Source of the DNA: Callorhinchus milii | Lineage: Eukaryota | Length of the DNA: 64,000 nucleotides | Assembly: GCF_018977255.1 (NCBI RefSeq) | Contig: NW_024704742.1 | Coordinates: 33,854,001 to 33,918,000, forward strand | Direction of reading: 5' to 3' | Shown: in pieces, positions 50,241-63,200 of the stretch | Layout of the letters: each line of letters begins with the position of its first letter | Numbering within the stretch: the first letter of the stretch is position 1 | Translations under genes and position numbers: made by a program | Notes under the pieces: generated by a model | The model's input: the letters and a program-made list of their open reading frames with translations, nothing else | Told to the model about the DNA's origin: nothing | Databases searched by the model: none

Positions 50241-50989
50241 GTTCTGTTATTTGCTCTTTTAAATCATTTTCCTCTTGACATTAATCATCTGCGATTGCTT
50301 CACTTTTTCTCTCTCTGTCTGTCTTTAGAAAGCCCTAGTTTTGTTTTATCTGTACCGCACAGAGTAAGGTTCAAAGCACAATAACATCCAATGTAGGATA
50401 TTAAACACTTCTGATGACTGTAACCAGCTCATAAGACATTATCAAAACTCCAGAAAACTTACATCTTCTATAAAAGATGAGAAACGCATACATGAAAAAT
50501 AAATGGCACAACATTAAAAATGGAACAGCAGTGGAATTGGGAGAAAAATACATCAGAATCCAGCCTCTATGTATCTTGTCATGTTAGACACATTTTCCTG
50601 GCAGTGTCTTTATTGTTCCACAGTTTTTCTCCAAAAAGAGATTGGAATGGTTTGAGTGTACCTGGATCTGCCAAACTTAGTTTTCTTTCTGATGTATTCA
50701 TTCTTTCACTTTGCCGTTTTCTATATTGAGTCAGGGCATGCATTTAATTTATGAGCTCCTGTTATGTAAGTGGCTCTATTTCTTTTTTAAAAAAAAGGTT
50801 GTGTTTCCGTTTAACAAAATGAGTGATGATGGTGCTGGAGAATAATATTTTCCAGTTGTTTTTGTACATTGACAGTAGCAGGTGCTTGGAGGTTTGCAGT
50901 TTTGAGCTGAGACACAAAAACACGTGTGGAAAAGAAGGTATCAAAGAAAAAAAATCTAATAAAATGTTATATTCAAAAAATAAGCTCAT

Positions 50990-51410
50990 AGTAGAGACTG
51001 AGAGTTCAAATGTAATGCTGTGGGAGAGCTATATTGTCAGATGTGCTGTTCTTTATACAAAATACTCTTTACATTTTGCCCATAAATGCACATTTACTCC
51101 ATTTTACTGTAAATCCTGTGAAGGACTTTGGAATGTCCTCCCTACGTGAAAGGCGCTATACCAAATGCAAGGATTATAATTATTATTAGATCAACATCTG
51201 CCTGTTCAGGTGGATGGTAAAGATCTCATGGCACTATTCAAAAAGAGAGGGCTTTTCCTCCCCGTGTCCTGGCCAACAACTCCCCAGATAAATTTATTCA
51301 TTCACTTCTTGGCTGTTTGTGGGAGACTGCTGTGCACAAATTGACTACTGTGTCCGCCTACAAAATAAACAGTTACTACATTTTGCAGAAACACGGTGAA
51401 GAGCTTTGTA
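50990..51410 (+). mobile_element. Deu-type SINE interrupted by a younger SINE tail (~51075-51187)
   Basis: Central domain GTTCAGGTGGATGGTAAAGATCTCATGGCACTATT resumes after the inserted tail. Confidence 0.65.
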
Positions 51411-51900
51411 AGTTTTTTTTAAGAACTACAGAAAACTGGCTTCAAAGTAAGACTGTATGCAACAATTAGCCAAATTTTAGTGTTCTGAAATGCTAAATAA
51501 ATAAAGTAACATTAAACCCAGGCAGATGCCTCCCCCCAAACAAGTGGTTTAATTTGTGTAATTTATAAAATGATCTGTGACTAGAGAATCCCTGCAGGTC
51601 TTGCAGATCCACTTGGACTCAAATCTCATTCTGACATTGACAAACCGGGTTCCGGCAAGAAGACCTAATACCACAAGAGATCAGCATCAACAAACATAAG
51701 AACTTGCATTTATATAGCGCCCTTCACTTGGGGTAATATCCCGGAACCCGAAGATCAGTTGGAGTCTGAACAGAGTTGAAGAGGACTGGACTCAAACACA
51801 TATGTATAAATACAAGATTGATCATTTGCAGATCAATTGGTGAAACTCTTGATTAGACCCGAATACATGTAACTGAAAAAGAAGGGAAAGTACATTATTC

Positions 51901-51919
51901 ACCCATTAGATGGCGCTGC
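51901..51919 (+). promoter_or_regulatory. predicted CTCF site
   Basis: CCATTAGATGGCGCTG at 51903-51918. Confidence 0.55.
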
Positions 51920-53039
51920 TCTACTCTCCAAGTAAAAACGTCTTGGAAAGCGATGCACCTGAACACTCCAATATTCTAATGCTTACAGGATACAGTTTAA
52001 AAATATCTATAATTTATTGAAGAGAAATTGGCTTCATTCACTAATACATACACACAGCTGCTATTGGAAAGCATTCTGCCAAATAATGAGCAGTAAATTA
52101 CTGCCAGTAATTAGCTGAGGGCCCGTCACTTGGCAGAACACCATTCAGCAGCAGCTACATGAAAGAAACCATACCTTGGAATAATTAGAAACACATGTGA
52201 CTGCATCAGTATGTTGTAACTAGATAATAAAGGCATGAAACAAGCACGCTCTTAAAGGTAATTTATTGTGTCCAAGTGTGACCCCGTACATATAGTCGAC
52301 ATCGCCTTCTTCAGTAGGGTAGAGGATATATGTTGGAGAATGGTGGATTCTAGACTTCAAACCACTGATCAACACAGATTCACATGAATAACGGCTGCCC
52401 CAGAGCCAGAGTAAGTTATTCAGGTATATTTGCATAAGTGTCTAGTTACAAATCGTACAATCACCTAATTCGTACATGTACCTAAGTCCCATTCATTTTC
52501 CCATTCAACAAAAAAAAACTTTGATTTCCTTGCACTAGTCGTATTTTACAAGTTTGATAAACGGCTTAGTCATAATGATTTCTTGGTCCCAAATAATCCT
52601 AAATCCTAAGGAAATCATCTCTTAACTCGTATCGCCACTACCCCACTTACCAGCTGCATAGAGCAAATTTAGTGTTGCATTTGAAACAAGCACAGGAATT
52701 AGGTCTTTCACCATCACCGCATAAGCATTTACTGGCTGCATTGATGAAGTACCACATGCGCATTTAGTGCTGCATTTGAAACAAGCCTGGGAAACAAGGT
52801 CTTGACTCATCAACATGTCTCACAAGACAAACCTAATTTGGTGTATTAAATCGGGCGATATAACGTATGGGAATTTGCCCGTAACTCGTACTTCACGTAA
52901 GTCATATTAAATGTTATGGCCCCAACTGAAATGACTTATCCAAGTTTACCTGTATAGGGATCTGGAATATCTTGCTTCCCATAATCCACAAAAATAATTT
53001 TGTATTAAAAAGGCATTACAATGTTTTGATTCTAATGCA

Positions 53040-53700
53040 TACACAATTTACATTTACGGTGTCTTTCATGCTAGGAGGCTTAGATGGGGAATCAGGAGAG
53101 GATGAGGAGGGGATGGAGCTGGGGAGGGAAGGGAAATGTTGGCCATAAGCATGGTTGAAGAAAAAGGCTTCGTGGAGGGTTTTGAAGGTGATGGTGATGA
53201 TGATGAGGAGGTGGGGTGGGAGTTGGGGGAATCTGGAATGGAGTTCCAGAGAATGAGGGTAAAATGCCTGAATGCTCACCCATAAATGGTGGGATGGAAC
53301 TGGCTGTGGATGTAAAGCAGATCAGTATTTGCTGAGCGAAAGGAGTGGCCGTGGCAGTAGGATTATAAAGGGTTGCTGAGGTAGGGTGGGGGTGAGGCCA
53401 TGGAGGCATTTGAAAGTGAGATCAAGAATTTTGCTGGAGGATGGGAGACAACGGCTGAGCTGATGAGCTTGTGGATAGTTCTGAATAGTCGGCAACTAGG
53501 AAGAAGCTGGAGAATTCGACCAGCAGAACATTAAGAGTAGTTAAGCCTTCAAGTGATGAAGGTGTGGTGGAGAGTCTAAGCAGCTTGGGGGTAGAGGTAG
53601 TGGCGGAGACAGGTGATGCGAAGGTGAGGAAAAGCAGAGAGAATGAGAGTCTGACTGTAAGGCTTGAAAGCTAGTTGGGGTTTGTTTAGAGATGTATCCA
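53040..53700 (-). mobile_element. old L2 fragment
   Basis: Purine-rich + strand homologous to 4085-4648 and 37055-37800. Confidence 0.7.
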
Positions 53701-55429
53701 GAGGTATTGTTTTGTATTGCAAAAATACACAAGACCTGCAACACAAAGTATTACGTAATATTACACAAAGTATTATGTACTGCAAATTTATGTAATGTAC
53801 AATTGTTGTTTGTACAAAGTGTAGCTTGTAATGCGTACCTATATCTATTTCTAACAGAGCTTTTAGGTTTGTTCTCTTCCTGTCAGGTTATACTAGCTGC
53901 CTCCTGTCTGCATCTCCTCCAGTAACAACAGATTGAATCAACCAATTCTGTTTACTCCATTGAGGCCAAGTAAAACAAAAAAAGCTCTTATGGATTAATG
54001 TTCTGCAAATTAATCCTGCCACTGAGCTAAAATCCTGAAGACCTTGGGAGCTCACTGATCTGGGAACAAAACCTGCAAAACAACCAGCAAGGTTGTTGAG
54101 ACAACAGACATAAACAGGAAAGCTTCACTGTGTTCTTTTTCAGTCCTCATGGAAGCACAAATTTGAAAAATACAATTTTAGGCATAGCATATGTATACTA
54201 TATATTGTTACTTATATACAGATAACAATAACCCTTTCACAGTCTCAAATCGCTTCACAGAATATACTGTTAAGTGAATTGACTATATTTTGTGGGCAAA
54301 ACGCAGCAGCCAATTGGTATATAATATAAGTATATATCCAATATATATATAGATATCTATAAAGCATGACAGATTACGGTGCAATGAGGACTGAACAAAC
54401 TTAACCTTTCTATAAAAACGTCAGAGGAATTGAATTTTATTCTTTAAAGTATGTATAGGTCTGTATCCTAATTAAATTTATTGTAGCTTTGTTTCCTTTT
54501 GATGTCACTCAAAGATCATCTCAAGATTAACACACTAGTCAGTGTGAAGCTTGGGTTATGAAGTGAAACAATGAAACACAAATCCTCTTGATATAGTTTT
54601 ACATTGCTCACCACAAGTATTTACCATTCTGTGCTTTCAATAATTTGCAGAAATAGGAGAGCAGCAAGTGTACATGTTGACTGAGTTGACATGCCTTGTG
54701 TGAAGGTATGTCCATCATGGACAGCTCAGTAATACTTGTGTGTTGAAGCTATTCCATTTGAGTCCTGATACGGCCAATCACACTTCTAATATATAAGTAA
54801 ATGTTCATCATTTATGCACTTACAGTAAATCCTACAAAGAGCTTTGAGGCACCCTCCTGACATGAAAGGCAATATATGAACTGCAAAGATTATTATTATA
54901 ATCATTATTATTCACAGTAAAACCTGTAAAGTGCTTTGGGATGTTCTCCTAATGTGAATGGGCCTACATCAAATGCAAGTATTATTATTACAAGTATTTA
55001 TAATAAATACAATAGTATGTAAAATTCTCAGTAGTTTGGGGGAACATTAAGAATGGTGCGCATTGGCTGACCAAAAAAAAACATTTCCAAGGTTTATAAA
55101 ATGAGTACCATGACTAAAATAATATATCATAGGGGGAAAGCAAACTGGGGTCTCTCTGGGATTGACCGATCTCTGAGGAGACATACTGACTGCAATAATC
55201 TGATGAAGACCATGTGAGCTGAAATTTCATTTTACAGTTAGAAGACACACTATAACTACTGTGACGTTCTTTCAGATTGTTCAATACAATAAGATGCTTT
55301 GGCACATGAAACAATTATTATTATTATACAGGGTAAAATGGCTCTAATAGGATGTGTCTAATTTTGCAGTTTTTAAGAATAATATCCTTACATTTTGTAT
55401 ACTGCCTTTCACATCACTACAGGATATCA

Positions 55430-55808
55430 TGGAGGTTATTGGTTAGAGCACTTGCCATGCAAGCAAGAGGACTTTGGTTCGATTCCCGCGCAGGGCGAAA
55501 CCTTAGGCAAGTTTCCTTGCTCCACATGTCTCTGTCTACCTAGAGGTAAGTAGGAATCTGGTTGTCAGTTGATTGGGGGATTGCTTTTCCGGGGGTAATA
55601 ATCCCTTCGAAAACAAAACTTAAAAAATAATAATTTGGTAACTCAACCCACCACTGTGTGTGGGATACTGCTGTGTGCAACAGGTTGCTGCGTTTCACCC
55701 AGAAAATATACAGTTAATTCACTTTGCAGTATATTCTGTGAAGTGCTTTGAGATATCTCAAAGTTGTGATAAGGTGCTATATCAAATACAAGGATTATTA
55801 TTATTATT
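55430..55808 (+). mobile_element. SINE long variant
   Basis: GGTTAGAGCACTTGCC...GGTTCGATTCCCG head, GTAAGTAGGAATCTGGTTG segment, tail. Confidence 0.88.
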
Positions 55809-58800
55809 AAGACAATGTTTCAAAGTGTTTCATATAATGTATTGCAAAGTTTTGTGGGCAAATGTGGCAACCATTTTACACACAGCAACTTCCTGCAAAT
55901 CACCATAAAATGAATGATCAATTCCTATTTAGATTTGTTGGCCAGCACATGGGGAAAAACTCCCTTCTCTTTTTGAATAGTGCAATATGGTGTTTAATGT
56001 CACCTAAACAGGAAGACCGTCGAGAGAAGTGGCCCCTGAACATTTGCATGAGTCTATGTAAATCCGAGTTCAATCAGTCATGTGTTTTCATTTTTTTCTC
56101 GATTGAATATTTATAATAATAATAATAATCCTTGCATTTGATATAGCGCCTTATCTCACGTCTTTGAGACATCTCAAAATGTATGGCCTAAATCAAGAAC
56201 ATTTATTTTGTTGAGCAACCATAAAGGTTGGCCACCACTGGCTTGAATATGTGAGTTCCAACTTCCAACCAGGGACTTGAACCCACAACTTTCTGACTCA
56301 CTGTGTGAAGAGTACTATATTGTTCTTGTTGTTACAAACTAAGCCAGGCTGACATGCACATTCAGTCACTATTCTGTACAGCAACTGCTGTGAAGTTCTT
56401 TGAGACATTTGGCATAACAAGGTGCTAGCTAAAATACAAGGATTACTCTAATGTGAAAAGTGACTCTACTTTGACAAGTGATTGCTCGTTCACTACTTTT
56501 GTGCTTGGAAGTCTTAAGAACAATGTCAAAATTGTTATTTTTAAAGCTGCCGAAAATACAAACCTCATAGTTTGGATACAAAATGTGGCATTGGAAGGTA
56601 GCCATTTTTAATTTTTTGGGAAAATGCACACTTCAAATAAGCGATGGAACACATAGATAAATCCTTTGCAGGAACCATTGCCATGGGTTTATACTGAACC
56701 AGTTCAGGCTGACCTGGTTTGGATCAGATTTCCTACACCCTAGCAATATTCATAAAACCTGCTGCTTTCGGGTGCTTTGGCACTCACAGCACATTTATGT
56801 TGTTTCAGTTCACTTTTCCTGGTTTCAACAATAATAATCCTTGCATTTCATATAGTACCAATAATGTCAAAATGCCTTAATGCACTTCATAGGGAATTAT
56901 AGCTCCTTTCATATCAGGAGGCAGTCTAAAAACACTTCACGGGATTCACTGAAGTGTAGTGACTGTTGGCAAATTTTGTAGGAGAATGGACAGCCAATTT
57001 CAGTGGTCTGTTATAGTGAATGTAATTTCATGTAATCAACCTTGCTTCTTTTTCTCTGAACCCTCTCCAGCAGATCAATAACCATTAAAAGGTAGGAGAG
57101 TGTCCAAAACTGTACCCATCTCACACATAATATTCATCACTGAGCAATACAAGATCAGAATAACTTAATTTTGCTTACAATCAAATATCCTCATATTGCT
57201 TGACATTGACCATACAACTCCAGTTAATGATCCACGATCACACCCAAATCCTTTTCCTTCTCTTCAAGTTCTGTCGAATGCCCCTTCACTATGTACAATA
57301 TTAATTAATTTAAGTTCCAGTGTGTAGGTCCAAAACTCTAATGGATTGCTTGGCTTTTAACAAAGGATCTGGGATCTAAAAGCAAGTGAATTTTATTGTA
57401 GAGAGGGCTAGGTAGCCACAACTCATTTTGGGGTATTGTATTCAGTTTTTCATGCTTAATCTTAGGAAGTATATATTATCATTGGGGGCTGTCCAACGAC
57501 AATTCAACAGATTAATACCAGAATTGAAGGATGAGAAACTTGAGTTATTATTTATTAGATGTAAGGGGCCCAGTATTCTGGCTTTTTTTGCACTTGGAAG
57601 AAAATCCAATAATCCTGTAAAAACATTATTTAGAACATATTAAATACTCACTAACTGTTTCACCATAGATTTACTCATAGAAATACATATTTCAGAACAT
57701 ATTTAATGCCTTAGTTATTTTATGGGTACTTTTAGTCCCATACAATGGGCAGAAGGTGATTTCAAGTGTTAGTTTTTGGAAATAAATTAGATTCATCTAC
57801 ATAATACACAGTAAATCCTGTGAAGCATTTTAAGACGTCCTCCCAACATACAAAGCACTTTGTATCAAATACAAGGAATATTATTACATCATTGACCATG
57901 GGAATCAGTAACTAAGATGATCATGGTTTCCTTACTGGCCGTAAATGCTTATCTTCTCAATGAAAACTCTGTCAAAGGGAACATCTGGTACATTTTGCGT
58001 CATGGAGGATGGCCATAACAATTAGGCAATTGGTTTGATCTGTTCCATTAGTGGGGGTATCACCTTGACATGTCAGTACGTTAATGCCAAGTAGTTGTGC
58101 AACTAATTATGCACCAAGGAGAGCAGAAAAATGACCTTGGTCCTGTTTACTCACCCGAGTTCGGCTTTATATTTACTTTTTATCAATTTAGTCCAATTCT
58201 GAGAGACCTTCTCAGCTTTTCAAACATGCACGTCTTTTCAATTGGAAACCATCTGCATAACTCGGTTTCTGCAAATTTATAATTTCCATGATGACGCAGA
58301 AAGGAGAGAAAAAAAAGTAGGAGAGAAGAAACCAAGGACTTCAACCCATTTCAATACTGCTCTTGGAATGAGCCAAACACAATTGTAAATCTGCTTCATG
58401 TTTGGAATGTTGTGCAAGAAGGTTTGCTAAACTCCAATAGTTTTTTTAAAAAAAGAGACAGAAGTTGACATCATGCTCTCAACAGGGGCCTATTGCCAAC
58501 GAAAAACGCTCTGTTATAACTATTATGTTCTTCTGGCAATACGTCTTTTTTTAATAAATGTTTTTGTTCCTACTCCCCCAGCAGTATTGATATATATTAA
58601 CTCCTGAAATGGAGGGCTTCTTTGGTGGTTCAGTTGGAAAAGGCATTGACCAGCATTCACTTTAGTCACTTAGATCAGCCAATGGTTTATCATAGAGCCT
58701 TTCATATGAAAGAAGGTTGCGAAGTGTAATGGCAAACACCAAACAGCCTAATAAGAGATCCCAATATATTGACCAAAGGCACAGTCAGAGAAGTAGGTTT

Positions 58801-60512
58801 TTGAAAGCAGAAAGAGGGAGAAATTGGTTTTGGCATAGTTTGAGAAGACCGTGGTATCGTGTCAAAAGGCTCAGTCACTGATGGTGGAGCAAAGAGATTG
58901 AAAAATCAAAATGGGCACAGTGTAGGGTAAGGACTGAAATGTTGGGCTGGAGAGTATTTCATAAGTAGAGTGAGATTTGCTTTCCAGTCTGTAATAATTG
59001 GGAGAAATTCCATTCTCTTTTGAAATAATGCCATGGGAACTTTAACATCCACCTTAACAAGCAGATGGGGCCTCAGTTTAACATCTCACCCAAAGGATGA
59101 CATCTCCGACAGCCCAGCCCAGCGCTTCCCCAGCATTTTTACCCGGGGTGTTGGTTTGAGGTATCTTCTTGACGTAAAAAGCTCTATATCAAATGTAAGG
59201 ATTATTATTATTTTTACCACTTGAGATTACTTAACTATTGCAGATGGGCTGATGCCTTTTTGCCTACAAATATACAGTCACCATACTTTACAGAAACCTA
59301 TATCAAATATAAGCCTTATTATACCATACCACCCAATGGAACATTCAGGCTATAATTTCCTTAATGATTTGCTTTGCCAGTTTCCTGATATTTCATAAGC
59401 ATTCGTGTTCTTTCTGTTACTTAGATGACATGTGTTCAGTGTGCCAGTAACGCAATCAACAATTGCAGTTAGAGATGTTTGGGATAAATTCATCTTGTGA
59501 AAGCAAATGCAACCTGTGGAGGATGACAAAGAAATTAATTCTCTTATTACAAGTATTACAAGACAACTGTTTCACTCACAGTTATTGTGGTGTCATTATA
59601 ATAAGCTATAGATGTGCCCATCTGCTTCATTTGAACATCACCATTTCAGTTGTGTACAGTGTAAGCTTCCCAAACTTCCATTTAACAAGAAACAAAGCAA
59701 ATATTTTAATTTTATTTGTTCCTGCTACAGGTGGAGGTAATACAAATACCAAACATGTGAACAGCTTTCCATTACAATGGCCTTTCAATGGTAAACTGAC
59801 TGCATCTTGCCAAAATGTTTTTCTTGTCTTTGTATTATTCATTCACAATTTTCTTTTATCATTTTATTATTAGACACATTTGAAAAATCAATTTAGTACC
59901 ATGTGAGTAGTAATAATTTTATATTAACTATGGATTATATAGACTTAGCAATAAACAGTACTGGTTTTAGCCTATTAAACAAGGAAAGAGAAACTTGTGT
60001 ATTTAGAAGTTACTATTCTCTTTAAATCTCTGAAGCAGTAGATTACTTCTAATGAGAAAATATCTGCTGTGCAAACTTTGCCCTAAGGATACCACTCTTG
60101 GGGGAGCACAAAAAATACTGGTGTAATGGAAGTAATGGAAGTTTGGGGCAACTATCAATATTCCCATTCCTTATATGCTCAATGCAAACATATTAGGTTA
60201 AAAGTTTAAGAAAATGGGGTTATATTGATCTCGCTGCCCTTGTCAAGGCGTGAAGGATATAAGTTCTGTTACACGCTTGCATGCCTTGTATTGCTTTTCA
60301 TTTCACTCATTATAACTGACAGGATTTTATAACTTATAATAATCCGCAATAAAACATTTTTAAAAAAGGAACAACACATGCCTGGCAGAAAATTTAAAGT
60401 AATAATTAAATCTCAGACTCCCCACACAGATCTCCATAAACCACGAGTTATGCGCTCATAGTTTATAGTTTACATAGGAACAAAGGAAGACATTAGATCT
60501 TTTAATCCCAAT

Positions 60513-60614
60513 ATAAAAACAGAAGTTGTTGGGAACACTAAACAGATGAGGCAGCATCTATGGAGAGAGGACATTGAGTTAACATTTCAGATTGATAAAC
60601 CTCTTGTCAGAATG
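60513..60614 (-). mobile_element. Penelope-like short insertion with a 15-bp TSD inside an old CR1 3' end (~60460-60760)
   Basis: TCTTTTAATCCCAAT (60498-60512) and TCTTTTGATCCCAAT (60615-60629). Minus strand reads TTCTGACAAGAGGTTTATCAATCTGAAATGTTAACTC...CATAGATGCTGCCT. Confidence 0.72.
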
Positions 60615-62819
60615 TCTTTTGATCCCAATGCCCTGCCCTTTTCCATTTTCTTAATACCTGCACTACCCAAATATGTGCCAACCTCTCTTTTAAACATCTC
60701 TATTGATTCTACCTCTACAGATATCTTTACAATCCTCTGTGTGAAGATAAGATTCAATTCATGCTACCAATATTTCTTTAGCAACTTTCACAAATCTCAA
60801 TTTGATTTTTGCAAATTGACAAATTAAAACAATAATGAAATTATTACTTCCCACTCCTTTTGTAACTATCACATTATGAAATTGTTGAAATATAAAAGCT
60901 AACTGCTTCAAGAGCATTGTTAACTGATTGGATAAACACTTCCACGCACATTTTGTTTCATGATTGCCTTCTGCTACAATTGAACTGCATGAATGTACAT
61001 ATAGATAGATATTAACCTCCAGTGATTGTAATGAAGTGACCAATATTCACTTAATCTCCATACTTACCAAAGGAAAAATAATAAAATGCTGGCTATTTTT
61101 AAAACTTTCTTTGCAGTATCCTATAGAGACAAGAAAAAAATTAGGTAATTCTTTTAATGGGGCTCAAACATACCCAGTGTCAGCATGATCAATTTACAAT
61201 CATGCCAAACCAGAAATGAGATTGATGTCTGCTTGATCCTTTGATGTATCTTAGCTCATTCCAATTCAGATAGTTATTACTTTGCGTTATACCCACTGGA
61301 CACCAGCAGTATGAGCTGGGTGAGTGCTAATGACCAAATTATCCATATATTATTCTTTAAATTAACAGTGCTCGGGAAAAAGATAAAACTGAATTGGCAG
61401 CACTGAACCTAGGCTTTTATTTCTGAAATAGCCATTCAGGAAAGTAGGATGATGTCCATCTGTCTGTCACTGACCCTTTAGGAAATAGTTCCATATTCAG
61501 GGTAAACAGAATAATTCATTAAATCATTGTGTTTTTAATCTTGGGAAAACCCACTAATGAGTCATTTAGTGACATCAAATGAAATTCTTAATTCCAAAAG
61601 TTATGTAAATTATATTTAATGGTTTTAAGTATCAGTTGCATTGATTTGTAAGAAGAGGATCCAAACTCACCCTCAACTTCCAGTCAAGGTTTGAAGTTTA
61701 CTCATGAAGAGGTGCTGAGCACATATTAATCAATAATAGCTTTACTTAGGCAACCAAAATCACAAAGGAAGCCAAGGGCGAAATATCTCTTTTGATAGAT
61801 GAGATACTTTACAGTGAAGCTAGAAGTTTCCTTCTGTCAACGACTGAATAACATTACCAATGTAATTTGGTGCCCAAAGACTCTAGAATACGACTGAAGT
61901 CAGAATGATGCAAGTTAGTGATTAACATTAAGGGCTTTTCTGGGTCTTGGTTCAGAGATGCAATTAAAAATGAATCTATGAAGACAATGTATCCCAGGAC
62001 AAGTTTCTTTCTAGAGCACCTTGAAACACTGACAAACCATTTATGTAGGAACTGTGAGTGTTCTCACCACAAGTTTGTCACAAATATAAATCCATTGACC
62101 ACTAGAGCTGATCTTCACCCAGTAGATTATTAGAACAGATACATACTCATTGCATTACAAAAGTAGACGTATACCCAACAGACTACTAGGTTAGATGTAT
62201 ATGAATGTGTACCCACTAGCAGATTTCTGAATTTACATTTGATAATCTTAGTTTGTTGGTGTGATTTGTGGCAGATTCCCAGCTATCAGATGCTATAATA
62301 GTGACAAATGTGTTATTGAAAATGAAAAATGATCTAATTCGAGTTCTCAATCAAGAGCTTTTAGAAATTTGTTAATTTCATATTCTTATTAGGAAATCTG
62401 TTGAGAAATACCACCGATACACTACTGCATAATGAAATAATCGCTGCTGAGAAGTTATATAAAAAAAACAAGGTTACTCAAAATTACTTGGCTGTCATTT
62501 TTTGAATGATGTTGTGATAATAAAAATACATTATCCTATTGGTAGAGGAGTGAGTTTCCATCTAATATTGGAATGTATTACTGTGGACCTCATTATCTAT
62601 AACATTCCTGGCTAAAATCTGTCCCATCTAGATTCATTTTAGACATAAAAAAACATGTGGACTATTATTTTAACAATGTCATGAATAGAATTTAATGTTG
62701 AGCAAATTGTGGGTATATAGAGCAATTCATTATGCCTATCTCTGTAATATTTCTGGCATGACAGTCTATTTTTCATTTGATAATAACATCCTTCACAGCA
62801 GGAAAACGTCTCAAAGCAC

Positions 62820-63200
62820 TTCAACAACAACAACAAATTACACTTGTATAGCACCCTTCATGTCAGAAAAATGTCCCAGGGCGCAGGCAATCAAGAGTTT
62901 TGGACCCAAATTGGGAGTTAGGGTCAGAAGTGGAGGAGGGCAGGTGGGGTGGGGGTGAGAGGGTGACTGAAAGCATGGTCGAAGAGGAAGGTCTTCAGAC
63001 AGGACTTGAAGGAGGTAAGAGAGGGACTGCAGGATAAAGTTCCAGAGTATGGGGGCAGAGATGTTGAATTCCCGACCACCAATGATGGGGAGCGAAGTGC
63101 GGGGGACCTGAAGCAGGCTGGTGTCTGCCGAACAGAGGGAGCAGACAGGCTGATATGGGGTTATGAGGTTGGAGAGGTGGGGGCCATCAAGTCTCTCCTT
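62820..63200 (-). mobile_element. L2 3' fragment
   Basis: LSNLITPYQP..SL.SAD..LLQVPR...IGGR.F..SAP.LWN motif; (TTG)n tail. Another fragment at ~63715-64000. Confidence 0.85.

Noticed and set aside
59463..59873. 136-aa ORF
   Set aside because: Non-ATG start, AT-rich low-information translation and no recognisable domain; better explained as noncoding.
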